Positions 41,514 through 53,757 of a stretch of DNA of 64,000 bases are shown here, in pieces. Location of the stretch: assembly GCA_963727895.1 (NCBI GenBank), contig CAVSHT010000003.1:256001-320000 (forward strand). The letters are read 5' to 3'. Numbering within the stretch: the stretch's first letter is position 1; each line of letters begins with the position of its first letter. Source of the DNA: an uncultured Methanosarcinaceae archaeon. GTDB taxonomy: Archaea; Halobacteriota; Methanosarcinia; Methanosarcinales; Methanosarcinaceae. A program made the position numbers and the translations under genes. The notes below the pieces were generated by a model. The model saw only the letters and a list, made by a program, of their open reading frames with translations, ran no database searches and was not told the DNA's origin.

Positions 41514-44043
41514 ATGAGTTCTCAGGATCGTCCTGTATCGTCATTCTAAAACAAAATCAAATCCAGCTGGCCTTATACTCTGGCAGTTGCAATAATCGGT
41601 TTTATGTCTCTATGGATCAGAATACTTCCTTCTAGATACAGTGTTCTTATCCGACGGGTCGTAATGTTTACGACTAACGATGCCTGGTTTCATATGCGTA
41701 CCTTAAACGTTCTGCTTGATAATTACCCCCACAGGATGTTTTTCAACCCAATGACTAACTATCCGAATGGAAGTTACATCCATTTTGGTCCCTTGTTCGA
41801 TCAGATGATGGCCATCATCTCCCTGATTCTAGGTCTGGGAAATCCCAGTTCTCATCTCGTTGATACTGTCGGAGCTTATTTCCCTGCAGTTCTCGGCGCA
41901 TTGACTGTCATTCCTGTTTACTACATCGGAAAATATCTTGGCGGTCATAAAACAGGAATTCTGGCTGCTATTTTGATTGCATTTGCTCCAGGCCAGTTTC
42001 TATCCCGTTCAATGATTGGGTTTACAGATCATCATGTCGCAGAGTCACTTTTCAGTACTTTGTTCATGATGTTTTTCATGCTGGCTTTGATTTCTGCAAA
42101 GAAGAAAAAGCTGCGTTTTGAAGATGTATTCAATAAAAACTTCAAAGTCCTGAAAGAACCTCTTCTATACTCGGTTCTTGCTGGTGTCATGTACTCTGCT
42201 TATCAGCTTTCATGGCCAGGAGGCTCTCTCTTCTTATTAATTGTTCTTGTTTACGCCATATTCCAGTATATCTTGGATAATTTCCGTAATGAATCAAGTG
42301 ATTATCTTGGATTTACAGGCATAGTCACCTGCTTAGTAAGTGCAATCCTTATCCTGCCCTTTGTCCATCCTGACATGGGTTTTTCGCTTTATTACTACTC
42401 CTGGTTCCATGTTATTACTGCTTTCGGGGCAATGGCAGTTTTTGCGGCTTTGAGTTTCATTGAAAGGGAGTTCAAAAGAACGAAAATGAAAGCTTATTAT
42501 TACCCTTTTCTGATACTCGGAGCTGGTATTCTCGGGCTTATAGTTCTCAAAATCTTATCTCCATCTCTTTATTCCCTTATTGTAAGTGCACCAAACACTG
42601 TTTTTGGAATCCAAACGGGAGGACCGTCCACGATTGGCGAAGCTTCTTCAATATTGTTCCCATATGGTGTCTTTACTCTGTCGAAAGTTTTTGAAAATTT
42701 CACTACTACTGGATTCTATGCTTCTCTACTAGGAATGCTTATTCTCGCTGTAAACTTGATACGAAAACCAAAGTCACATGAAGTGCTGCTTCTTGTCTGG
42801 AGTATTCTTGATTTTCCTTGCGATTTACGGTCAGAACCGTTTTGCATATTACTATTCAATAAACGTTTCACTTCTGAGTGCTTATCTTGGAGGATTGCTG
42901 CTTGACAAAGTAAAATGGAACGAACTTGACCAAAAATTCAAGAGTACTGTAAAATCGCCTTCTGATCTTCCTAATGCTTTAAAATTCATCAAAGTACAGC
43001 AGGTATTTGCAGTCCTGATTATAGTGATATTTTTGATTTATCCAGTATACGGGTCTGCAATGCCATATACAAAGGTCCATACGGCACCCCTGCTGCCCTG
43101 GGTAGAAGCTTGTACCTGGCTTCGTTCAAATACTCCTGACCCAGGAATGGATTACAATGCCAGTTTATGAAGCTCCTAAAACCGGTGAACTTTTCCATTA
43201 TCCTGATACAGGCATACGGTGTTATGTCCTGGTGGGATTACGGACACTACATCGAGACAATAGGACACAGGATGCCAAATGCGAATCCGTTCCAGGCAGG
43301 AATAGGAGGCCGCAGGGAAAGCATTAACGAGACAAACCAGCCAGGTGCTACAACCTTTCTTACAGCCCAATCTGAAGAAGAAGCAAGTTCAGTACTAGAA
43401 GCCATCGATCCGACGGCCTAACAAGACAGGTGCACGATACATAATGTCTGATGCCAGAATGGCTATAGGTATATTCAGCTCAATTGCTACCTGGACTCTT
43501 GATACTGAACGGATACTACCAGGCTTACTGGACAGGTAGCGGGTATCAGAGCATACCTTCGACCCGATATTTTAATTCCATGGAGGCAAAGCTGCACATT
43601 TTTGACGGAAATGGCTTGAAGCAGTATCGTATGGTTCACGAGACTGAGGCCTACCAAACTGCCGAGATAGGGTATAAACAGGTCTACAATTTCGTCTTTG
43701 GAGGAAACATTCCTGAGGTGGATACTGGTTATGTCAAGATCTTCGAGTACGTCAAAGGTGCAAAGCATAACAGGAACGGCTTCCTCCAAATGAGACTGTT
43801 AAAATAAACACTACAATTCTTACAAATCAGGGAAGGACTTTTGACTACTCACAGTCCACAACTGTGGATTCACAGGGTCGGTATGAATTTACAGTGCCTT
43901 ATTCAACAGAAGGTCCTATTGCAGGTCAGACTAAATTCGTGACTGCACCTACAGGTCCTTATGTAGTGAGCTACGGTAATACGACAAAAGATGTAAACGT
44001 AAGTGAAAAAGCTGTATTAAATGGAGAAGAAATAAAGGTATAA
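41514..44043 (+). CDS. aglB: Oligosaccharyltransferase AglB, paralogue 1 (multiple apparent frameshifts)
   Basis: NDAWFH, GFTDHHVAE, TIGE, SWWDYGH, NPFQAG; colinear with paralogue 2; GGGGA RBS before ATG 41514. Confidence 0.88.
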
Positions 44044-44545
44044 AAAAGGTATAAATCAGTAAAGAATGTATTGCTGTTCACTCTTTTCTGGAATGGTTAA
44101 GTTTAATATTCGCCCAGAATTTTCTATCTTTTCAAAAAATTTATTTTTTATATATCCATCAATTTCATATACTTTCATTTATATATCTACCAGTCAAGTA
44201 TACTCTTGGATACTGTTGTCGAAGTTGTTTTACATAAAAGGGGTATTAAAAGTGGAACTAGAATCATTGCCATGTTTTTTTAAAATGTATATTACTGTTT
44301 TCTAAGTCGAAAAACTTGAGAGAACTTGCTACCACGAAAAATGTACAAAAATTTCTAGAAAATATGAATTTATGAATACTGTCCTTATTGGCTCAGTGGA
44401 AAAGCTGTATAATACTCCTAAACATGACGAAAATATGACAATAAGGAATCATACTTAATTGACTACATAGGAACTATTATATATTTGATTTTCTTCTTCC
44501 ACCTATATATTTATTGAAAACACTTACCTCTTAAAGGGGATTATT

Positions 44546-47073
44546 ATGAGTTCTCAGGATCATCATGTATTATCATTTAAAGATAAAATCAAATCCAGCT
44601 GGCCTTATACTTTGGCAGTTGTAATAATCGGTTTTATCTCTCTATGGGTCAGAACACTTCCCTCTAATACAGTGTTCTTATCCGACGGGTCCGTAAGGTT
44701 TGCAACTAATGATGCCTGGTATCATATGCGTACCTTAAAGGTTTTGCTTGCAAACTATCCCAACAGAATGTTTTACAATCCAATGACTAACTATCCTAAT
44801 GGTAGTTACATCCATTTTGGTCCCTTGTTCGATCAAATGATGGCCATCACCTCCTTGATTCTTAGGTCTGGGCCATCCCAGTTCTCATCTCGTTGATACT
44901 GTCGGAGCTTATTTCCCTGCAGTTCTTGGCGCATTGACTGTCATTCCTGTTTACTACATCGGAAAATATCTTGGCGGTCATAAAACAGGAATTCTGGCTG
45001 CTATTTTGATTGCATTTGCTCCAGGCCAGTTTCTATCCCGTTCAATGATCGGGTTTACAGATCACCATGTCGCAGAGTCACTTTTCAGTACTCTGTTCAT
45101 GATGTTTTTCATGCTGGCTTTGATTTCTGCAAAGAAGAACAAGCTGCGTTTTGAAGATGTATTCAATAAAAACTTCAAAGTCCTGAAAGAACCTCTTCTA
45201 TACTCAGTTCTTGCTGGTGTCATGTACTCTGCTTATCAGCTTTCATGGCCAGGTGGCTCTCTCTTCTTATTAATCGCTCTTGTTTACGCCATATTCCAGT
45301 ATGTCTTGGACAATTTCCGTAATGAATCAAGTGATTATCTTGGATTTACTGGTGTAGTCACCTGTTTAGTAAGTACAATCCTTATCCTACCTTTTGTCCA
45401 TCCTGATATGGGTTTTTCGCTTTATTACTACTCATGGTTCCATGTCATTACTACGCTTGGTGCAATGGCATGTTTTGCGGCTTTGAGTTTCATTGAAAGG
45501 GAGTTCAAAAGAAAGAAAATGAAAGCTTATTATTACCCTCTTCTGATACTCGGAGCTGGTATTCTCGGGCTTATAGTTCTCAAAATCTTATCTCCATCTC
45601 TTTATTCTCTTATCATAAGTGCACCAAACACTGTTTTCGGAATCCAAACAGGGCGGACCTTCTACTATTGGTGAAGTTACTTCTATATTTTACGATGGTG
45701 GATCTTTACCCTTTCGAAAGCTTTTGAAAATTTCACTACTACAGGATTTCTATGCTTCTATACTAGGAATGGTTGTTCTGGCTGTAAACCTGTTCAGAAA
45801 GCCAAAGTCACATGAAGTGCTGCTTTTTGTCTGGAGTATCTTTATTCTTCTTTCTATTTACAGTCAGAACCGTTTTGCGTATTATTATTCCATAAATGTT
45901 TCACTGCTGAGTGCTTATCTGGGAGGTCTGCTGCTTGACAAAGTAAAATGGAGTGAACTTGACCAGAAGTTCAAAAGTACTGTAAAGTCTCCTGCAGATC
46001 TTCCTAATGCTTTAAAATTCATCAAAGTACAGCAGGTGCTTGCAGTCCTGGCTATAGTAGTATTTCTGATTTATCCAGTATACGGATCAGCAATGCAACA
46101 GGCAACTGGTTCAAACGATCCCCCTGGTCCTTGGATGGAAGCTTGTACCTGGCTTCGTTCAAACACCCCTGATCCTGGAATGGATTACAATGCTATTTAT
46201 GAAGCCCCTAAAAACGGAGAGCTCTTCAAGTATCCTGATACGTGCATATGGTGTTATGTCCTGGTGGGATTACGGACACTACATCGAAACAATTGGTCAC
46301 AGGATGCCTAATGCAAATCCATTCCAGGCCGGAGTAGGAGGTCGCAGGGTAAGCATTAATGAGACAAACGAGCCAGGTGCTGCAACCTTTTTCACGGCTC
46401 AATCCGAAAAAGAAGCAACTGCAGTGCTAAAAGCTATCGATCCGAGACCTGACAAGATGGGTGCACGTTACATAATGTCTGATGCCAGAATGGCTACAGA
46501 TATATTCGGGGCAATGCCTGCCTGGACTCTTGATACTGATGGGTACTATCAGGCTTACTGGACAGGTAGCGGATATCAGAGCATACCTTCTACTCGATAC
46601 TTCAATTCCATGGAGGCAAAACTGCATATTTTTGACGGAAATGGCTTGAAGCAGTACCGTATGGTTTACGAGACCGAGGCTTACCAAACTGACGAAACTG
46701 TGTATAAACAGGTCTACAATTACGTCTTTGGAGGAAACATTCCTGCTGTGGATACTGGTTATGTCAAGATCTTCGAGTATGTCAAAGGTGCAAACATAAC
46801 AGGTACAGCTTCCTCCAAATGAGACTGTTAAAATAAACACTACAATTCGTACAAATCAGGGAAGAACTTTTGACTACTCACAGTCCACAACTGCGGATTC
46901 ACAGGGTCGGTATGAATTTACAGTGCCTTATTCAACAGAAGGTCCTATTTCAGGTCAGACTAAATTCGTGACTGCACCTACAGGTCCTTATGTAGTGAGC
47001 TACGGTAATACGACAAAAGATGTAAACGTAAGTGAAGACAGCTGTATTAAATGGAGGAGAAGTAAAGGCCTAA
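44546..47073 (+). CDS. aglB: Oligosaccharyltransferase AglB, paralogue 2 (multiple apparent frameshifts)
   Basis: NDAWYH, GFTDHHVAE, TIGE, SWWDYGH, NPFQAG, VKIFEYVKGA. Confidence 0.88.
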
Positions 47074-47196
47074 AGTTAAGAGTGTACTTGTTCATTCTTT
47101 TCAACCTTTATTTTCCCTTTTTTGTTTTATGTTACTTTTTTGCTTTTTTCCCGCTATCTAGATATACTATTAAAAAAACTACTTCGCAGGTGAAGT

Positions 47197-47707
47197 GTGA
47201 TGGAAAAACTCTATCATAGGCCGCGTCTGGAAATTTGGAGATAATGTTGATACAGATGTGATTATTCCCGGAAAATACCTGCGAACTAAGGATATGCAGG
47301 TTTTTGCAGCTCATGCAATGGAAGGCATTGATCCTGAGTTTGCTAAAAAGGTAAAACCAGGAGATATTATCGTAGCAGGCAGCAATTTTGGTTGCGGTTC
47401 TTCTAGAGAACAGGCTCCCCTTGCTTTAAAACATGCGGGTGTAGTCTGCGTTGTTGCAAAATCTTTTGCAAGGATCTTTTTCCGAAATGCGATAAATGTA
47501 GGATTGCCTCTTATAGAAGCTGATATTGATTGCCAGGAAGGCGATGAGATAAGGGTTGATCTGTTAAAAGGCGAGGTTACAGCTCCAGGAAAAGGCACAT
47601 TCAGGGGAAGTAAACTGCCTGATTTCTTGCTCCAGATACTTGCTGATGGTGGACTTGTAGCTCACAGGATAAAAATCCAAAAAGAGCAAGTAGAGGAGCT
47701 TGTCTAA
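47197..47707 (+). CDS. aksE: Methanogen homoaconitase / isopropylmalate isomerase small subunit
   Basis: [23 protein letters not shown] (YLRT loop typical of homoaconitase small subunits), [11 protein letters not shown]; one extra A after the ATG at 47200. Confidence 0.72.
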
Positions 47708-47822
47708 ATCTATAAACAAATTGCAATCCGGAAATTACTCATAATAAGTAAAATTAAAATCTCAAGATTACACTGAGTTAAAATAATCTATAAACCAAAA
47801 ATACCTAAAACAATCGATATTT

Positions 47823-48679
47823 ATGATTTTTCCTGATGAGTATAAGCATGTGGGCGTGACAAAATCCTTCTGTCCTGATACTGAAGAACCAATCTATTTC
47901 CTGACTGATTACCTTATTGCAGAAAAGGAAAATCCACAGACAGATAGCTCCGAATATGTAGTTTATCACGTTAAAAAAAGCGGTGAAGGATTGCTCAGAA
48001 AAGTTGAAGCTCTCGAGACAATAGCCTCAGGAGAAGAGGTGGTAAAATATGACAGGGAGCTGAATATAAAAGACCGCACGCTTCTGATTGAAACTGCAAA
48101 AAAATTCTGTACCGGCAAAGTGAACACAGTAATTTTTACAGGTATGGATAAACACGTTACTTTTGTTCATGATCCTGATCTTTCAAGCATTCTTGAGCTT
48201 GAAATCCTTGATGTTGCCCCTCCTGATCCTTCCTGGCTTTCCCTGGTTGTGAGAAGGCTTGAAACCAGCGGAATTTTCGGCGATCTTCAGGTCAGGTTTA
48301 CTGAGAAAGTAATTGACCTCAGGCGTTTCGAAGGGAAAAATACCGTTTTTCCATGCAGTGCATCGGGACTAGAAGGAAAATGCCTGGATTCGGATGTACT
48401 CACGGAAAATGGACATCTTCTGGTAGGATGCGAGATTTCAAAGACTCTTTTTGAGATGCGTTTTCCTGAACTTGAGTATTCCTTTGTAAATATCTGTCCT
48501 TTCAAATCCGAAATAGTTGTGCCCTCAAAACCTTTTATTACTCGCTGTTGCAGGTCTGAGAAATCAGGGCTTGTAAAAATTTCAGGTTTTGATGGACCGT
48601 AGTTCACTGGGGAGCATCGGAGTATCAGGTTGCTGAAGCTATCCGAAATCTTGTGAATAGGTTGAGAAAGAATAAGTAA
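47823..48679 (+). CDS. Conserved hypothetical Cys-rich protein, frameshift near 48597
   Basis: FPC, GCEIS, ICP, RCC cysteines; continues VVHWGASEYQVAEAIRNLV in a shifted frame. Confidence 0.7.
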
Positions 48680-49147
48680 CTTTTTTTTTGGACAGTACAG
48701 TTATTTCTTTTTTCTGGAGTCTCTTAAATGTTATATGTTTTACAGGCTAATGAGATATATTACAGGCTACGGTTTTCTTTCAATAATATTTTTTTGATAT
48801 TTTTTCTTTCATTTCTAAGTGTTATCTGTGTTTTTCCAATTCTGTCCCTAACTGAGTGAAACAAGAAATATGATAATTCAATTAGCTTTGTTCTAGTTTT
48901 TCCAGAGTGATCACTGACATCTTAGTTCATGAAAAAATAATCCGTTTTATCCTGAATGTTTTAATGCGTTTATATATCTTAAAACTTAACTATATCTTGG
49001 ATACATTTATTATCTATGAATTATGTAGTTTTAATTAATCAAGTCATTAGTTATTTCTCGGAATACGGGGGTTTGAACGAGACATCAACGATTCAATGAT
49101 TTCATGTAAAAATGAGTAATGAACTACAAGATTAAAGTTTAGGGGGG

Positions 49148-49555
49148 TTGGTAATGTTTTGGCTCATGCTTGCATGGTTTGCTGGGATCATCGTGGGGAT
49201 TTTTCTTCTAAAGATCGTGCTTGTAATGGTTGCAGTGCAGATTTCGCTTGCTTATAAAAAAATCCTGGGACGTAATGTTAAAGCAAAGTATCAACAGGTG
49301 AATGTGGTACCTGACTGGGTTAAAGCTCTCGCGGATAGTAATATATACCAGCGCTATTCAATTGATCCTCCACGCATTGTTCCACATCCGGCGTTTTACA
49401 GAAATGGATTCAAATTTTTCAATGAAGGTCACGACGAGTATGCAGTCTCTTATGATGGCACCGGTAAATATACTGTATATAGAAAAGTAAGGTCAGAGAC
49501 ATCTGGCAATAAAACTAAATCAGTAGTTAAGGCAAGATCTAAAATTAAGGTATGA
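49148..49555 (+). CDS. Hypothetical protein with N-terminal membrane anchor
   Basis: GGGGG RBS, hydrophobic N-terminus, 135 aa. Confidence 0.65.
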   Translation: MVMFWLMLAWFAGIIVGIFLLKIVLVMVAVQISLAYKKILGRNVKAKYQQVNVVPDWVKALADSNIYQRYSIDPPRIVPHPAFYRNGFKFFNEGHDEYAVSYDGTGKYTVYRKVRSETSGNKTKSVVKARSKIKV

Positions 49556-49868
49556 GCCAGACAGAATTATCTCCTTACGACTACACTTTATCACTGTTTG
49601 TTCTTATCCTATTACGCAAATCCTTCAATCTTGGTTTGCTTGCAATTTTCAAGGTTTCTTTTTTCTATTTTTCTAAACTTATTTTTTATTATGTAGTCCT
49701 TACAAGAAACATAGTTTTAAATCTGATTGCAGATTTATGACCTCAGCAAAGAGGCAACGCTCACGTTATATAAACTTCCTACTATTTTCGATTTTCAAAA
49801 TTATTGTGTTCTAAGTATCTAAGTATCTAGAAAGATTTCACTTAAAATGAAACTGGAGTAATTACTTA

Positions 49869-50428
49869 ATGTCTTTCTTTACGAATTTCCTATTAGGACT
49901 CGGACTTTCAATGGATGCATTTGCTGTTTCCATGTCCAGCGGTACTACGATACGGTCTTTCCGGCTTACTGATGCTCTTAAGCTGGCTTTCTTCTTTGGA
50001 GGATTTCAGGCTTTTATGCCTGTGCTTGGATGGCTTGGGGGAAGTGCAGTAAGCGGCTTTGTCTCGGATTATGCTCCCTGGATTGCTTTTTTGCTTCTTG
50101 CCTTTATCGGAGGCAAAATGATTTATGAGGCTATTTACGGCGATCCAGATGGAAAGGTAAATTCCCTAAATTATTCAATGCTTTTGATGCTTGCAATCGC
50201 TACAAGTATAGATGCTTTTGCTGTGGGAATTAGCTTTGCCTTTCTCAATACTCCGATTCTCGAACCTGTGATTATAATAGGCTGTGTGACTTTCTTCATG
50301 TCCTTCTGCGGAGCAATTTTAGGGTACAGAATATGCCATTTTTTGAGCATGAAGTAGAGATTATCGGAGGTCTTATTCTTATCGGACTCGGCGGGAAAAT
50401 TCTTGCCGAACATCTGTTATTGATTTGA
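49869..50428 (+). CDS. mntP: Manganese efflux pump MntP family, frameshift near 50340
   Basis: LGLSMDAFAVS, AIATSIDAFAVG; tail EVEIIGGLILIGLGGKILAEH in a shifted frame. Confidence 0.85.
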
Positions 50429-50491
50429 GAAAACTCGAATGTCTAAGAAAGTTACGCCAGATTCATATATCCTGAATAAAATGCAGTTACT

Positions 50492-51485
50492 ATGAAAATA
50501 GCTGTAATCGAAGGTGATGGGATAGGCAGAGAGGTAATCCCTGCTGCTGTCAAAGTCCTCGACGCTTTCGGACTTAATTTTGAGAAAGTACCTCTTGAAA
50601 TTGGATACACACGTTGGGAAAGAACAGGAACTGCAATTTCGCGTGATGATATAGAAACTTTAAAAGGGTGTGACGCTATCCTTTTTGGGGCAATTACCAC
50701 TGTCCCTGACCCTAATTACAAAAGCGTGCTCCTGACAATCCGAAAAGGATTGGAACTATATGCTAATATTAGACCTGTAAAACCTCTTCCAGGTATAACC
50801 GGGGTTACTGGGAAAAGTAATTTTGATTTTATTATTGTTCGGGAAAATACTGAAGGACTTTATTCGGGTATCGAGGAGATAGGCTCTGAGACTTTCCTGG
50901 ACAAAAAGAATTGTTACCCGAAAAGGTTCTGAAAGAATTGCAGAATATGCCTGTAAACTTGCAAAGAAAAGGAAAAATAAGCTGACTATTGTTCATAAAT
51001 CCAATGTCCTGAAATCCGACAAACTTTTCCTTGATATTTGCAGGCAGACTGCTAGCACTAATGGAATAGAATATGAAGATATGCTGGTTGACTCGATGGC
51101 TTACAGTCTTATGATGCATCCTGAAAAATATGATGTTGTGGTTACAACAAACATCTTCGGAGATATTTTGAGTGATATGTGTGCAGCTCTTGTCGGAAGC
51201 CTTGGTCTTGTTCCAAGTGCCAATATAGGAGAGAAGTATGCTTTTTTCGAGCCTGTACACGGTAGTGCACCCGATATTGCCGGAAAAGGTATTTCAAATC
51301 CACTTGCTGCAATCCTTTGCGTAAAGATGATGCTGGAATGGATTGGCGTATCTGAATCTCAAATTATTGATGAAGCAATAGCCTTTGTGCTGCAGAAGAA
51401 GATTATAACTCCTGATTTGGGAGGAACAGCTAACACAATGGAAGTCGGAAATGCGGTTGCAGAATATGTAATGAGAAATCTGTAA
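50492..51485 (+). CDS. aksF: Homoisocitrate/isopropylmalate dehydrogenase family, frameshift near 50890
   Basis: GDGIGREV, YANIRP, VRENTEGLY, HKSNVLK, NIFGDILSD, FEPVHGSAPDIAGK; near the aksE-like gene; aksF versus leuB is inferred. Confidence 0.7.
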
Positions 51486-51664
51486 CGAAATTAATACAAT
51501 TTAACCATGTAATGGTATAAAATGGAAAAGTTTTATTTACTTGTCAAAGGAGGGTTTTTAATGTTTTACTTCCCTTTCTTATAACAATAAACAGTCATAT
51601 TGTTATCAAAAATGGCTGCACTTAAATTATGAACTTAAATTATGATGTACTTATAGTGGAGTGA

Positions 51665-52296
51665 ATGGGGGGTTTCATTTTGCGTCAATTTTTCGATGTC
51701 TCATTGCCTATTAAGGAAAAAATGGTTGTATATCCGGGAAAGCCAGAACCTTCGATTGAAAGGTATGCTTCTGTCCCGAAGGATAAGGTAAACGAATCTA
51801 TCTTGACTCTTGGAAGCCATACAGGTACTCATGTTGAATCCAGGTTACATCTTCAGGATGGAAAAGAAGGAGTAGCTGATCGCCTCTTGACCATTTTTAT
51901 GGGAAATGCAGGGTTCTTGATCTTACACTGGTAGAACATGAAATTCACAGGCAATATCTTGAGGATTTTGAGATCGAACCTGAAGATATAGTGCTTCTCA
52001 AGACTAGAAACTCGACCCTTGGGTACGTGAAATTCTTTGAAAATTATGTTCACCTTAAAATGGATGCAGCTGAATATCTTGTCAATGCCAGAATAAAAAC
52101 TCTTGGATTTGATTACTTGAGCGTTAAAAAGCCTGACGGGGATGATGAAGTTCGCGAGCTTCTTATAAATAATACAACTTTGTTTTTAGGACTCAACCTA
52201 GCTGGCATTCAAGAAGGAGAATATACGTTCTTAGGGCTGCCTCTTCGTATATATGCGGATGGAGCACCAGCTAGAGTGATACTGATTAGAGAATAA
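51665..52296 (+). CDS. Cyclase / kynurenine formamidase family, frameshift near 51885
   Basis: HTGTHVES (HxGTHxD-like), LLKT, GFDYLS, PLRI..DGAPARVI. Confidence 0.8.
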
Positions 52297-52406
52297 TTGG
52301 ATTGATACTGATAATAATTCTAGTAAGTGCAGTCCACGAAATAAAAAATCATATTGTGATTTTAGATTAATTTTTATGTAGAATTCAGGTAAAACATGTT
52401 GAAATG

Positions 52407-52572
52407 GAACTGTTGAAAAGTGAATTTCTTTCCGCCTTGAATTTTTGTTTTTATTTTTATTTTCCTATCTTTTTTAAGGTTTAAGCTTTAATTATCTGAT
52501 CTCATTATTTTTTTATATCTTTATATTTATTTCTTCACTTATTTATTCTTGAAATTTACTTTTCAACGGTCC
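52407..52572. mobile_element. MITE-like element with ~22-bp imperfect TIRs
   Basis: GAACTGTTGAAAAGTGAATTTC / GAAATTTACTTTTCAACGGTCC enclosing a T-rich core. Confidence 0.55.
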
Positions 52573-52662
52573 AGTTCTTTAGGAGATTTGCAACTTTTAA
52601 TTTGCAGTTACTGGTCGGTTCAAATTTATTTCAGACTAGCAGTCACTGAAACAAAGTGGGGT

Positions 52663-52800
52663 TTATATATTTGCTGCTGGAGCCTTTAATTTAAGTGTAG
52701 ATGTATCTCCAAGGTACTCTGATTGATTTATGTTTCTATAACTTTCAAACTGCTCATAATATTGAGCACGTTCGATCAATCCTTTGAATATTTCCTCCAT
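52663..52800 (-). CDS. Putative 45-aa small protein
   Basis: AGGTGA RBS; MEEIFKGLIERAQYYEQFESYRNINQSEYLGDTSTLKLKAPAANI*. Confidence 0.4.
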   Translation of the reverse strand: MEEIFKGLIERAQYYEQFESYRNINQSEYLGDTSTLKLKAPAANI

Positions 52801-53205
52801 TGTATTCACCTCTATTCCCAAAAACTACCCCAGTACTTATTAATCTCAGCCTAGCAGGTTGAAAGTATTCTTCGTAGGGTTTCAAAAAAAAGTTTTAGCT
52901 CTAAGCTATCGAAGTTGAATACTTTTTCAGAAAACGTTCAAAAAATATATGTAATAATAAATGTTAACAGGAGAGCTTGTTATCATAAGAGCTATAATTT
53001 AATATTATTAATACTTTTTTGACATCTACAAGCTGTTCTCTTAGCTTTTTTAATTAATCAATTTCTTTTATATTGGCTATTTAAGAGTAGTAAACCGTGA
53101 AAACTTTCTTTTTCCAATAATTGAGTTTGCCAATGTCCAACGTAAATCTCTTATCTATCTCTTATCTATCTGTTTTTCTCTATTTACTCATAAATATCTG
53201 ACTTT

Positions 53206-53712
53206 TCAGGTCTGCATCCGGAAACTGGTAATCTCTTCCAGGAAACTATCGATTAATTCGTAATGTCCTCTTTCGTATCTTGCCAGCATCTCAAAGAACT
53301 TTTTCAGATCTTCATTTTCTACTTTTTTTGCAACTTCTGTATAAAAATCTTCGCTCTTTCTTTCATGCCTGAGGGCTCCAAGAAGGATGCCTGCATCTCC
53401 AAGCGTAATTTCTCCACCTTTTATACTACCTATATCAAATTCAGGAGTGAAAGACTGGCCACTTGGAATTCCTATACTGGTTACAGGCAGTTCTTTCTTA
53501 TCCCGATACTCTTCAAGATATCTAAGATGTTTTATCTCTTCATTTGCCAGATGTTCGTAAAGCTCCTTAAATTTAGGGCTGTCCATTAAAGCAGCTTTAC
53601 TCAGGTAAAAGTCCTCTGCTTCTTTTTCTCTCTCGATTGCTAGAGCTACAGCTTCTTCAATTCCTTTAAGATTTTTTACTTCCTCTATCACATTTTGATA
53701 CTCGCTTTTCAT
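53206..53712 (-). CDS. Ferritin-like/rubrerythrin family protein
   Basis: Duplicated E..E..FY / EExxH diiron pattern (EREKEAEDFY, EEIKH, HERKSEDFY, ERGH). Confidence 0.88.
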   Translation of the reverse strand: MKSEYQNVIEEVKNLKGIEEAVALAIEREKEAEDFYLSKAALMDSPKFKELYEHLANEEIKHLRYLEEYRDKKELPVTSIGIPSGQSFTPEFDIGSIKGGEITLGDAGILLGALRHERKSEDFYTEVAKKVENEDLKKFFEMLARYERGHYELIDSFLEEITSFRMQT

Positions 53713-53757
53713 ATCTCTTCCCCCTTTATGACATTTTATCTCTCAGATTTTTCATCT

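Noticed and set aside
41514..47073. aglB fragments as genuine split genes or programmed frameshifts
   Set aside because: Breaks fall at different positions in the two near-identical paralogues and lack consistent slippery sites; sequencing error is more parsimonious
48600..48602. TAG stops (here, at 50355-50357 and at 33104) as possible pyrrolysine codons
   Set aside because: The first two arise from frameshifts, with the conserved sequence continuing in another frame; the third is followed by another stop within a few codons
49740..49868. Possible Mn-sensing yybP-ykoY riboswitch before mntP
   Set aside because: No recognisable conserved motif or four-way junction; only a short TCTAAGTA repeat
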